A stretch of DNA of 60,666 nucleotides, filler included. It is 7 parts of 7 records of this genome, joined end to end, with 100 filler letters (N's around TTAATTAATTAA, not from the genome) between each part and the next. Parts side by side here need not be neighbours in the genome. Positions count along the whole stretch, not along the records: positions 34,695 to 41,250 come from SRR31156797_91567; positions 41,351 to 47,629 come from SRR31156797_91576; positions 47,730 to 55,328 come from SRR31156797_91715; 4 more parts are not named here. One strand, given 5' to 3'. The notes beneath the pieces are model-generated. The model ran no database searches. It worked only from the letters and a program-made list of their open reading frames with translations, and was not told where the DNA came from. Positions 38,899 to 47,869 of this stretch are shown one piece after another. A program made the translations under genes and the position numbers. Within the stretch, counting starts at the first letter, position 1; the number at the start of each line of letters is the position of its first letter.

Positions 38899-40386
38899 AT
38901 GAACGACTTCGAGCGATTCGAGCAGCTCATCGAGGCAGGCAGTTACTGCATTTCCATCGTAACCCAGGAGGAACGCTACGCCCTGGAGATCGTGCGCAAG
39001 ACGGCCAAGAAGCTCAAACGCGACATGTGGGTCTGGTCCGTGGCCGAGGGAGTGCGCGACGGGTTGATCGATGGCGGCCCCGCCATTGACAAGACGGACG
39101 TACCCGCCGCCGGCCTGATCAATATGTCCCAGGCCAAGTCCGGCTCTCTGTGCGTCACGCTCGATCTGGCCGAGCACATTCGCTCGGGCAAGGCGCTCCG
39201 CGTCCTGCGTGACATGGTCGACAGCTTCCACAAGACCGGCATCGCCATCATCATGATTGACAGCACGGACAAGCTGCCCGAGGTAGTCAAGGCCTACGCC
39301 CGGCCGTTCGAGCTTTCGTTTCCTGACGAGAAGGAACTCCAGCAGATCATCCGCGCCACCCTGCAAAGGCTCCGCCGCAAGAAACCCATTGAAATCGGCA
39401 TCACCCAGAAAGGTTTCGACACTATCGTGCGCAACCTGCGCGGGCTGACACGTCGCCAGGCCGCCCGGGTCATCAGCGATGCCGTCGCGGCCGATCAACG
39501 GTTCGACGATGAAGACGTCAACATTATTATCGCCAACAAGCGGCGCATGATCCAGCAGAGTGATCTGCTCGAATATATCCAGACGCCCCTGGACCTCAGC
39601 GAAATCGGGGGCATGAAGCATCTGAAAGAGTGGCTCAACCAGCGGCGCGCGGCCTTCAGCAAAGAGGCCCGGGACTTCGGCTTGACGCCGCCCAAGGGGG
39701 TCCTGATGCTGGGCGTTCAGGGCGCGGGCAAGAGCCTCTGCGCCAAGGCGATTGCCACGGCGTGGCAGCAGCCGCTGCTGCGGCTGGACCCCGGGACCCT
39801 GTACAACAGCTTTATCGGGGAATCGGAGGCCAACCTGCGGCGGGCCCTGCTGCAAACCGAAGCGATGAGTCCCGTGATCTTGTGGATCGACGAGATCGAG
39901 AAGGCCTTTGCCTCAGCCGCCAGTCGCAGCGCCGACGGCGGGCTCTCGCAGCGCATGTTCGGGACGCTGCTGACCTGGCTCCAGGAACACGAGACCCCCG
40001 TCTTCGTGGTCGCCACGGCCAATGACATCGAGGCCCTGCCTCCGGAGCTGCTGCGCAAGGGCCGCTTCGACGAGGTGTTCTTCGTCGACCTGCCGACGCC
40101 GGAGGTGCGCCAGCAGATCTTCAGTATCCATCTGCACAAGCGCGACCGCAACCCGGACCAGTTTGATCTGAACCGTCTGGCCGCCGCCTCGGAAGACCGT
40201 AGCGGTTCGGAAATCGAACAGGCGGTTATCTCCGCCTTGCACACGGCCTATGCCGACAAAGCCAAGATGGATACCGATCGCATTGTCGCGGCGCTGGAGG
40301 CCTCGCCGCCCCTTTCGGCGACCATGAGCGAACAGGTGGGCGCGCTACGTCAGTGGGCCCGCGGCCGATGCGTCCCGGCCGATTGA
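38899..40386 (+). CDS. AAA+ ATPase, Ycf46-like
   Basis: Degenerate N-terminal AAA-like region, IGGM..LK.WL, Walker A GVQGAGKS, Walker B WIDEIEK, ATAN, LPPELLRKGRFDE. Confidence 0.9.
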   Translation: MNDFERFEQLIEAGSYCISIVTQEERYALEIVRKTAKKLKRDMWVWSVAEGVRDGLIDGGPAIDKTDVPAAGLINMSQAKSGSLCVTLDLAEHIRSGKALRVLRDMVDSFHKTGIAIIMIDSTDKLPEVVKAYARPFELSFPDEKELQQIIRATLQRLRRKKPIEIGITQKGFDTIVRNLRGLTRRQAARVISDAVAADQRFDDEDVNIIIANKRRMIQQSDLLEYIQTPLDLSEIGGMKHLKEWLNQRRAAFSKEARDFGLTPPKGVLMLGVQGAGKSLCAKAIATAWQQPLLRLDPGTLYNSFIGESEANLRRALLQTEAMSPVILWIDEIEKAFASAASRSADGGLSQRMFGTLLTWLQEHETPVFVVATANDIEALPPELLRKGRFDEVFFVDLPTPEVRQQIFSIHLHKRDRNPDQFDLNRLAAASEDRSGSEIEQAVISALHTAYADKAKMDTDRIVAALEASPPLSATMSEQVGALRQWARGRCVPAD

Positions 40387-40433
40387 TCGCAAGCAATCAG
40401 CATCGTCCCACGCAACACTGAGAGGAACCCCGG

Positions 40434-41250
40434 ATGGGAGACTGCCAGCAACTCGAACGCGTCATCAAAGCAGGCTACGGCTGCATCTCGATCGTGACCC
40501 ACGAGGAGGAGTATGCCCTGGAGGTCGCGCGGGTGGCCGCCTTGAATCTGGACCGCCCCCTGTGGATATGGTCGATGGGCCTGGGCGTCCGCGACGGCCT
40601 GCTCGGCGGCAGCTGTGCCGTGGCCGGGACCGAGACGGCCGCCCCCGGACTGCGCCATTTGATCGAGACCGAGCCCGGATCCGTCTGCGTCGCGCTGGAC
40701 CTGGGCGAGCACCTCAAGGGGCTCGCGCTGCGCATGCTGCGCGACCTCGCTACGAGCTTCGAAAAAAACGGCAGCACCCTGATCCTGATCGACAGCAACG
40801 ATAAATTCCCCGAGGTGGTCAAGACCTACGCTCGGCCCTTCGATCTGTCCTTCCCCGGAGAGAAAGAGCTGGAGAAGATCGTCCGGCGCACCTTGCAGGC
40901 CTTCCACCGTGAGAAACCGATCGAATTCGCCGTGACCCGCAAAGGACTCCAAACCATCGTGCGGAACCTGCGCGGTCTGACCCGCCGTCAGGCCGAGCGG
41001 ATCGTCCTGGACACCGTTATCGAAGACCGGCGCTTTGACGACGACGACATCAACACCGTCATCGCCGGCAAGCGGCAAATGATTCAGCGCGGCGAATTGC
41101 TCGAATACGTCCAAGCTCCCCAGAACCTCAAAGAGATCGGAGGCATGCGCCGGCTGAAGCGCTGGCTCCGCACGCGCAACAATGCCTTCGGCGCCGAGGC
41201 CGAAGCCTTTGGCCTGCGCTCTCCACGCGGCGTTCTGATGCTCGGCGTCC
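40434..41250 (+). CDS. Second Ycf46-like AAA+ ATPase paralog (3' truncated at Walker A)
   Basis: Colinear with the upstream gene (CISIVT.EE.YALE, GVRDGL, PEVVK.YARPF.LSFP.EKEL, TIVRNLRGLTRRQA, EIGGM..LK.WL, GVLMLGV). Confidence 0.88.
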
Positions 41251-41350
41251 NNNNNNNNNNNNNNNNNNNNNNNNNNNNNNNNNNNNNNNNNNNNTTAATT
41301 AATTAANNNNNNNNNNNNNNNNNNNNNNNNNNNNNNNNNNNNNNNNNNNN
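41251..41350. other. Artificial contig spacer
   Basis: N-run with central TTAATTAATTAA. Confidence 0.99.
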
Positions 41351-41985
41351 AAAAGAAGGTTCATCAAAGAGGTGGTGATCTCCTGCGTCACATTTTTTCG
41401 CGTGTAGTCGATATCGATCGTGACCTGACCCCAGGAGAGAATCTCCAACGCTGCCTCATCCCCGGTCACCCCTCCTGTATTTGCTGCCGCAGGTTTTCCA
41501 TTGATAAAATAAAGCGTTCCTGACTTTCCCTTGGCGGTAACCAAAAGACTGCAAGAGTATTCTTCCAGTTCGATGACCTGAAGAAAGGAGACAACACTGA
41601 TGGATTGCAGCTGACCGCCGAAATCGATTTTTAATTCTGTGAAGATCCGCTTGGTAAGAAGCCCGATCTCCTGGACATTGCTGAAATGAATGATAGACGG
41701 CATCCTGCTGATTTTTCGGCTAAAAGAGGGTGAAGGAATCGCCGTCATCATGATAATTCGAATATCTGGATTGTCCGAAAACAACAAAGCCAGTTTGTAG
41801 GCATCTGTTTCCGCCAAGGAGGGGCCAGTCATCAAAAGGTGAATTTCTCCACCGGTCAACCGATCAATGGCCTCTTCAACACTGCCGGAAGGCAGGAATC
41901 GCAGGAAGTTGCTTTGATTGTTCAGCAATCCAACCATTGCGTGGAGCATTACGGGATCGCTATCGACAAAAAGAATATTTTTCAT
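41351..41985 (-). CDS. Atypical receiver domain plus DUF4388 protein (3' truncated)
   Basis: ILFVDSD receiver start; FGGQLQSISVVSFLQVIELE...G.LYF..G...G.EAALEILSW is DUF4388-like. Confidence 0.8.
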
Positions 41986-42359
41986 TATCGTTCTGTTTTT
42001 TATGGAAGCAGCCGTATTGTTTTATTACATTATCGGCATCGGTTCGACAGTCTTTACATGGTGATGACAAAAAGACGATGATTCAAAAAGCCTCTGTGAT
42101 GCTAACCAACCGGAACCTACAATCACCATATCATTGGAACGCTTTCAACGGAATTGACCCGTCGGTTTGACCTTGATGTCTCTTTTGTGTGGGATCGGGT
42201 CCAGGATCCCACGCCTGATGAAGATGGCAGTGAACCTGAACAAGACGATTTTTATGTCATCGTTAGTCTGGGATTTGAATATTGGCGGTTTACAGACTTG
42301 CGGCTTTTCATGGATCAAGGGTAGAACTTGTTTTTCTCAATCCTTCATTGTGGAAGACC

Positions 42360-43361
42360 CTACCGATCCGGCAGATCTCGAAACGCCGTGATGCCACCCC
42401 GTGTTGAAGCGTGTAGCACCCCATGAATGATGGCCCTTGCCAAACATTGTGCAGCCGCGTCACCGAGAATATTTACGGCCTCAGCGTCTTCCACCTGAAA
42501 AAAGCCCTCGGACGTCGACAAAGGATGGTGGCCCGTGGCCAAACAAAAAATAGTATCACCGTCGAACATGGTATGGGCGGGCCGTATTGCTCGGGCCAGG
42601 CCATCGTGGGCCATCTGGGCGATTTTTTGGGCCTGGGTTTTGGAAAGTGCCGCGTCCGTGGCCACCACGGCGATGGTCGTGTTTTTCCCCGGTTCACCTG
42701 GGACAGGTTCAGGGAGTTGAACGGATCGTTTGCCCTGGAGGCCGAATTCACCGTTTTGTTCGCAGCCGATCTCCCAGGGCCGGCCTGTTTTCGGGTCGAT
42801 GACAGATCCAAGGGAGTTGACAACGGCAAAGGCGGCCACGGTAATCCCCGAAGGAAGGATCAGGCTTGCCGTACCTGCCCCCCCCTTGATCCCGCCGCTG
42901 AGAGCACCTGTGCCGCCTCCCACGGCACCCATCTCGACCTTTTCCGACGTCGCCGCGTCACATGCTTTTTTACCCCATTGTGGTCCAACGGGAGGTGCGA
43001 ATTCCTTTCCACGGCCCAGATCGAAAATAACGGCTGCGGGTACGATGGGAGCAACGTGGATCTCATCCAGCTTAAATCCCCTGCCTTTGTTTTCAAGCCA
43101 CCTGACAGCACCGTCGGCAGCGGACAGACCGAATACCGATCCGCCGGATAAAACCACGGCCTGTGCCTCTTGAACCAGATTTTCAGGAGCGATGACATCG
43201 GTTTCCCGGGTTCCTGGTGCCGAACCTCTGATGTCCACACCTGCAACAGCTCCTTCCCCGGCCATGATGACGGTCACCCCGCTCATGGCTTCGACATCGG
43301 TGTAATGCCCGACTTCAATTCCCGAAACATCCGTAATCGCATTGTATTGGCCCGGTTTCAC
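42360..43361 (-). CDS. DmpA/P1 (S58) family peptidase
   Basis: ITDV.GI.VGH, RGSAPGTRETD, LSGGS.FGL, NTTIAVVATD, AHDGLAR.I.P.HT.FDGD. Confidence 0.92.
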   Translation of the reverse strand: MKPGQYNAITDVSGIEVGHYTDVEAMSGVTVIMAGEGAVAGVDIRGSAPGTRETDVIAPENLVQEAQAVVLSGGSVFGLSAADGAVRWLENKGRGFKLDEIHVAPIVPAAVIFDLGRGKEFAPPVGPQWGKKACDAATSEKVEMGAVGGGTGALSGGIKGGAGTASLILPSGITVAAFAVVNSLGSVIDPKTGRPWEIGCEQNGEFGLQGKRSVQLPEPVPGEPGKNTTIAVVATDAALSKTQAQKIAQMAHDGLARAIRPAHTMFDGDTIFCLATGHHPLSTSEGFFQVEDAEAVNILGDAAAQCLARAIIHGVLHASTRGGITAFRDLPDR

Positions 43362-43541
43362 GTTGTTTTACCCCTGTCTTTCTTATTCATCGGTATGGAT
43401 GTCATTTTTTATCTCCTGTGAACGTCCAGTTCGGTCATCATGCCACAATGCGACCTTTGTGAAAAGTCCCTGAAAAATTCATCAATCCGTGTTATTGGGG
43501 GTGCAAGCCGATACACTGACGTTCTGATTGGAAGGGGTAAG

Positions 43542-44456
43542 ATGCTTGGACATGGGAAAAAGAGAGCACTGAATCACGTTGCGGATTCGGAAATGGCACT
43601 TTCAGGTCCGTTGTTTATGCTGGCGGCGGCCCTTTTGTTCACCGTACTCACCCTTCTTATGAAGTTGATGGGTCCCCAGTTCACAATCTGGCACATTGGA
43701 TTTTACAGGTTTTTCGGCGGGGTTGCCGTTCTCATTGCCCTTTTCACCAGAAATGGAAACCCTTACCGCGGGAATAACGTACGGTTGTTGATCATACGCG
43801 GATTCACCGGTTCGGCAGCTTTTCTTTCCGTGATCACGGCCATCCGGCTGCTTCCCATCTCCACCGCGATGGTCATCTTCTATGCTTTTCCTGCATTTTC
43901 AGCTGTTTTTTCCTACCTCCTGTACGGTGAACGGATCTCTGTACGCGAGATCGGATGCATTGCCCTTGTCATCTTCGGCATCGCTGTCCTGTTCGATTTT
44001 GAGTTGAGCGGCCACCTTTTCGGGAAGTTCATGGCCTTGACCGGAGCGGCCTTTGCCGGTCTCACCATCACCTTGATCAAAACCCTGAGAGAAAAAAATG
44101 GTCCGGTTGTCATTTTTCTCTATTTTTGTACCATGGGGACGCTTGTCACCCTGCCCCCTTTTCTCCTTTCACCGCAGATTCCTGCGACAATGATGGAGTG
44201 GGGCATGGTTCTTGGCATCGTCTTTGTTTCTGTGGCGGGGCAACTGGTCATGAACCAGGGATTTTTCTACTGCCGGGGATGGGAAGGGGGCGTTTTAATG
44301 TCCAGCGAAATCGTCTTCACCGCCATTGTGGGCATCGCTTTTCTGGGCGATCCTGTCTCCTGGCGATTTTTTACAGGTGGCTTGCTGATCTTCGGAAGTG
44401 CTGTTGCCATGAACCGCTTCAAGGTAAAATCGGACAGAAAGTCCACAGATTTTTAA
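43542..44456 (+). CDS. EamA/DMT family transporter
   Basis: About ten TM helices in two EamA repeats (LYGERI; FLGDPV). Start uncertain (43542 or 43593). Confidence 0.88.
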   Translation: MLGHGKKRALNHVADSEMALSGPLFMLAAALLFTVLTLLMKLMGPQFTIWHIGFYRFFGGVAVLIALFTRNGNPYRGNNVRLLIIRGFTGSAAFLSVITAIRLLPISTAMVIFYAFPAFSAVFSYLLYGERISVREIGCIALVIFGIAVLFDFELSGHLFGKFMALTGAAFAGLTITLIKTLREKNGPVVIFLYFCTMGTLVTLPPFLLSPQIPATMMEWGMVLGIVFVSVAGQLVMNQGFFYCRGWEGGVLMSSEIVFTAIVGIAFLGDPVSWRFFTGGLLIFGSAVAMNRFKVKSDRKSTDF

Positions 44457-44464
44457 GGTTCGCA

Positions 44465-45247
44465 CTACTCAAATGCGTGCAAGGACAATCCCAGTTCCAG
44501 AAAGGGGCCACTGATTGTGGTATCTGTTTGAAGGTCATCTTCATCCAATTGACATGCCTCATATCGATAACCGCCGGCAATAAACAGGGGACCGAAAAAT
44601 TTGTATTCCAACCTTCCGACAAGGCTGTAAACCTCATTCCCGCTGTAGGAGATCCCCCGACCCTCCGCTTCCAGGGAGAGGTTTTCAAGAGGGCGAAATT
44701 GAATCGCCAGAAATACCATTGGAATCGGTATCGTGCCGGATTGTTTTTCGGTCAGTTTGGTTTCCGATTGGCTAATCTTCAGATCATAATCAAGGAGACG
44801 CAAATTCAACCCAACATCGAAGTTGAGCCGGTGGAAGGTCGTTGTTCTCAGAAAAGGGAATCCGTAGTACAGACCGATATCCACAGTGTTGGAATCCAAT
44901 TCGGAATGAAACGCCCCCGGTTCGAAAGTGGAATCGCCGAATTTGAAACCGGCTTCCGTTGACCCGGTGGCGTGATATTCTATCGGTGTGGCCATCAGGT
45001 AGATGGAGGGTATAAGAAAGGGCATATCGATAGCCACACGGGCTGAAACCTGAAAATCATCTTCGTATTTCAAGTCTTCTTCTACATCGAGAAGATCGGC
45101 TTCACTCGACGGTTTGTATCCCAATGTGCCGCTGGGGCTCTGCATCCATCCGCCAATGGCGAATTCAAGGCCAACGGCTCCTGCCGGATGGGCCAGTAAA
45201 AAAAGAGCCAACACCATGAACACTATTCGCAACATGTTAGGGCGCAT
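44465..45247 (-). CDS. TIGR04219-like outer-membrane beta-barrel protein
   Basis: AAGGAG RBS, signal peptide, GGW...PSG, D..LYY, PIPM, GGYR, GPF. Confidence 0.75.
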   Translation of the reverse strand: MRPNMLRIVFMVLALFLLAHPAGAVGLEFAIGGWMQSPSGTLGYKPSSEADLLDVEEDLKYEDDFQVSARVAIDMPFLIPSIYLMATPIEYHATGSTEAGFKFGDSTFEPGAFHSELDSNTVDIGLYYGFPFLRTTTFHRLNFDVGLNLRLLDYDLKISQSETKLTEKQSGTIPIPMVFLAIQFRPLENLSLEAEGRGISYSGNEVYSLVGRLEYKFFGPLFIAGGYRYEACQLDEDDLQTDTTISGPFLELGLSLHAFE

Positions 45248-45570
45248 TACAGTTCTCCTTGTTGGGATCCGGATACCGGTGGATAAGACCCGGTACCGGG
45301 GAGCGTTTCTCTTCACAGAGAGGGTCTGTTGAGGTTGCGTCCCAGGCCTGTTCTGCTGCATCGGAAAGCTGCGAACAATTGACGCAAGCTAATCGGGGTC
45401 CATCTCAAAGTGTTTGGCTACCTGGTTGAGTCGGGTGATGCTCTTCGCCAGAAGTGACTTCCATATGGGTTTACCGGCATTCCATTCACAGCTGCATTGT
45501 GATCCAGGATGTAACCATCAGCCTGTTTGTTTCCATCGGTAGACACCTTTTACACCGGTTGAGCTTCGTA

Positions 45571-46596
45571 TCAGACGTTGAAACGAAAATTGATGATGTC
45601 CCCATCGCAAACCTTGTAGGTCTTTCCTTCCAGTCGAACCGTTCCTTTTTTACGGGCTTCCGCGTAAGTTCCTGCCTCCATGAGATCGTCGTAAGCGAGC
45701 ACTTCCGCCCGGATGAACCCTTTTTTGATGTCCGAATGAATCACCTCGGCGGCATCCACGGCATCCGTGTCTCGACCGATGGTCCAGGCCCTTACTTCAT
45801 CTTCACCCACGGTGAAAAAGGAGATCAGCCCCATAAGGTCGTAAGATTGCTGAATCACACGGTCTGTGGCCGATGCGGTGATGTTGAACTCCGTCAAGAA
45901 TTCGTCTGCCTCTTCATCGGTCATCTGTGCAAGTTCTTGCTCCAATTTTGCCCGGATCACCATGCACTCTTCTCCTTGAGGAAGAGAAGCGGCCTCGGGA
46001 AGACGATCGTCTTCATCGGTATTGTTTAAAAGGATCAGCATGGGTTTGGCGGAAAGAAAGGCAAAGCCGCGCAGGGCCTTGGCCGATGCAATCTCCGGAA
46101 ACCGGCGAAGGGGGATTTCGTTGTCCAGGTGCTCTTTGCATTGCTTTAACAGAGAAATTTCCTCGGGATCGGGCTTTTTTCCACGCTTTTCATCCAAAGC
46201 AAGTCGTTCCAGTTTTTTTTCCACCACCACCATGTCTGAAAAGATCAGTTCCTGGTCGATGGTCATCACATCTTCTTTGGGGGTCGGTGCATCAAGCCCG
46301 TAAATTTTGAAGTTGCGAACCGTGTGAATCAAAGCGTCACAATCACGAACCTGGGTCCAGATACTCTGATCCTTTTGGGCGGCATCCCCTTTTCCAGGCA
46401 GGAAATAAGCCACCTGCGTATAGATGGTTTTACGCGGGTTGTACATGTCACTTAAAATCTCTATCCGTTTATCGGGAACGGTAATGGTGCCAATGCGGCT
46501 GTCCTGATGATGACCGTCCGCTGCTGTGCTGCGTGTCAGCGCTTCAAAAACAGTGGCCTTTCCCGATTGGGGCTGGCCGATAATTCCCAGTCTCAT
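45571..46596 (-). CDS. YchF-like (DUF933) P-loop protein with degenerate motifs
   Basis: VPDKRI, FFTVGEDEVRAWTI, IHSD..KGFIRAEV, EGK.Y.V.DGDII.FRFNV; P-loop GQPQSGKAT. Confidence 0.88.
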   Translation of the reverse strand: MRLGIIGQPQSGKATVFEALTRSTAADGHHQDSRIGTITVPDKRIEILSDMYNPRKTIYTQVAYFLPGKGDAAQKDQSIWTQVRDCDALIHTVRNFKIYGLDAPTPKEDVMTIDQELIFSDMVVVEKKLERLALDEKRGKKPDPEEISLLKQCKEHLDNEIPLRRFPEIASAKALRGFAFLSAKPMLILLNNTDEDDRLPEAASLPQGEECMVIRAKLEQELAQMTDEEADEFLTEFNITASATDRVIQQSYDLMGLISFFTVGEDEVRAWTIGRDTDAVDAAEVIHSDIKKGFIRAEVLAYDDLMEAGTYAEARKKGTVRLEGKTYKVCDGDIINFRFNV

Positions 46597-46913
46597 GTTT
46601 GTTACACTCCTAATTTTGGTGCACTGGTTTCATTCCAACGACTGCGCCATTGTAAGTCCGGCCCATTCACACTAGGCGATAATATCGATTTTGCCCTCGT
46701 CGGAATGGTCAGCAACACGTACACGCCACCGGTGGGATTTGCCTGGCGACAGCTTGCCCTCAGGTAACACACAAGAAAGCATGCCTTCAACATATTTCCC
46801 CCGCAGGCCACATTCCCCCAAATGCTTCTGATTTCCATCCTATCCTAAACCATCTCTTCTTCAGTCTCTGCCATCAGGGAACTGTGGCTTTTGTCATCTA
46901 CACTGAGGACGAC

Positions 46914-46942
46914 AGCCCGTTTGCGTCGTATACGGGCTTTTT
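46914..46942 (+). terminator. Intrinsic terminator-like hairpin
   Basis: AGCCCGT/ACGGGCT stem followed by TTTT on the plus strand. Confidence 0.55.
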
Positions 46943-47074
46943 CGACGGCCCAACAAGGGTATTTTTATATATTTCTCCGCCTTTGCCATGCTATCAAATC
47001 GGGTTTCGGCCCGGCAATACCTGCTAAACCGATTTGGCGAGCAGCTTGTGATCTGGCAACCGTTGGACCACTTT

Positions 47075-47629
47075 TCAGGTTTGCTGTAAAATTTCATTGA
47101 CCGAAGAGGGTCGTATTTCAATGGATACCATCTCAATGGCTTCTTTCGGGCAGGCGGTGTAGCAGACGCCGCATCCTCGGCACAAATCCGGATTCAATTG
47201 AATGGATTTTTTCTTTGAATTTGATACTCCTTGGTCTTTTTCGATCGTAAACGCCTGAAACGGACATCGTTTGGCGCAAAGGCCGCAGGAGATGCAATTG
47301 TCTGTAAGATGACGGGCAACATATCGGGACAAGGGCCACAATTTATGGGCGTCGGACTGATCGGCCAGCTTATGGGGAAAACAGCAATCTGTGCAGCAGT
47401 TGCAGATCGCACCACTTGGTATGCCATCCTTGGTGAGTTTCACCTCTCCGCTTTGCATTAAGCCCTTCTTGTTCGCGAGGCGGACGATTTCCTTCGCCTT
47501 AGAGGCTGAAATCTCCCAGCCGAGGCCGCGGTCGTTCTCAAAGCGGATGCAAGTGAATACGGACTGGGTACATCCCTGCACCATGGATCGGCAATTGCAC
47601 GGCAGTAGATAGATTGCTTTCGCCATGTC
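47075..47629 (-). CDS. 4Fe-4S dicluster domain protein (probably 5' truncated)
   Basis: PCNCR, ICNCCTDCC, CISCGLCAKRCP, CRGCGVCYTACP. Confidence 0.88.
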   Translation of the reverse strand, partial: DMAKAIYLLPCNCRSMVQGCTQSVFTCIRFENDRGLGWEISASKAKEIVRLANKKGLMQSGEVKLTKDGIPSGAICNCCTDCCFPHKLADQSDAHKLWPLSRYVARHLTDNCISCGLCAKRCPFQAFTIEKDQGVSNSKKKSIQLNPDLCRGCGVCYTACPKEAIEMVSIEIRPSSVNEILQQT

Positions 47630-47729
47630 NNNNNNNNNNNNNNNNNNNNNNNNNNNNNNNNNNNNNNNNNNNNTTAATTAATTAANNNNNNNNNNNNNNN
47701 NNNNNNNNNNNNNNNNNNNNNNNNNNNNN
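47630..47729. other. Artificial contig spacer
   Basis: N-run with central TTAATTAATTAA. Confidence 0.99.
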
Positions 47730-47751
47730 TTAAGGTTGTAATACCAATCAT

Positions 47752-47865
47752 CTAATATTCTAACCTTTGCGCTTTTTTCTTATTTAATAATTTGTACAAC
47801 ACTACCATAGAGGTAACAAGCCCTATGAACGCTGCAATAAAAGCAACCATTAATAAAGTTTCCAT
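47752..47865 (-). CDS. 37-aa single-TM small protein (absent from the ORF track)
   Basis: METLLMVAFIAAFIGLVTSMVVLYKLLNKKKAQRLEY*; ATG lies 4 nt after the protease stop; hydrophobic helix plus basic tail. Confidence 0.55.
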   Translation of the reverse strand: METLLMVAFIAAFIGLVTSMVVLYKLLNKKKAQRLEY

Positions 47866-47869
47866 CTTT

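Noticed and set aside
36114..39855. Long alternative ORFs (36114-37256 +, 37523-38773 - at full length, 38848-39855 -)
   Set aside because: GC-rich antisense shadows of pheT, the VOC gene and the AAA ATPase; only 37523-38086 is retained.
40434..41985. Apparent AAA ATPase/response-regulator neighbourhood
   Set aside because: The genes are on different contigs separated by a spacer.
47075..47629. Selenocysteine recoding in the Fe-S protein
   Set aside because: All Cys motifs are complete and no in-frame TGA interrupts the visible part.
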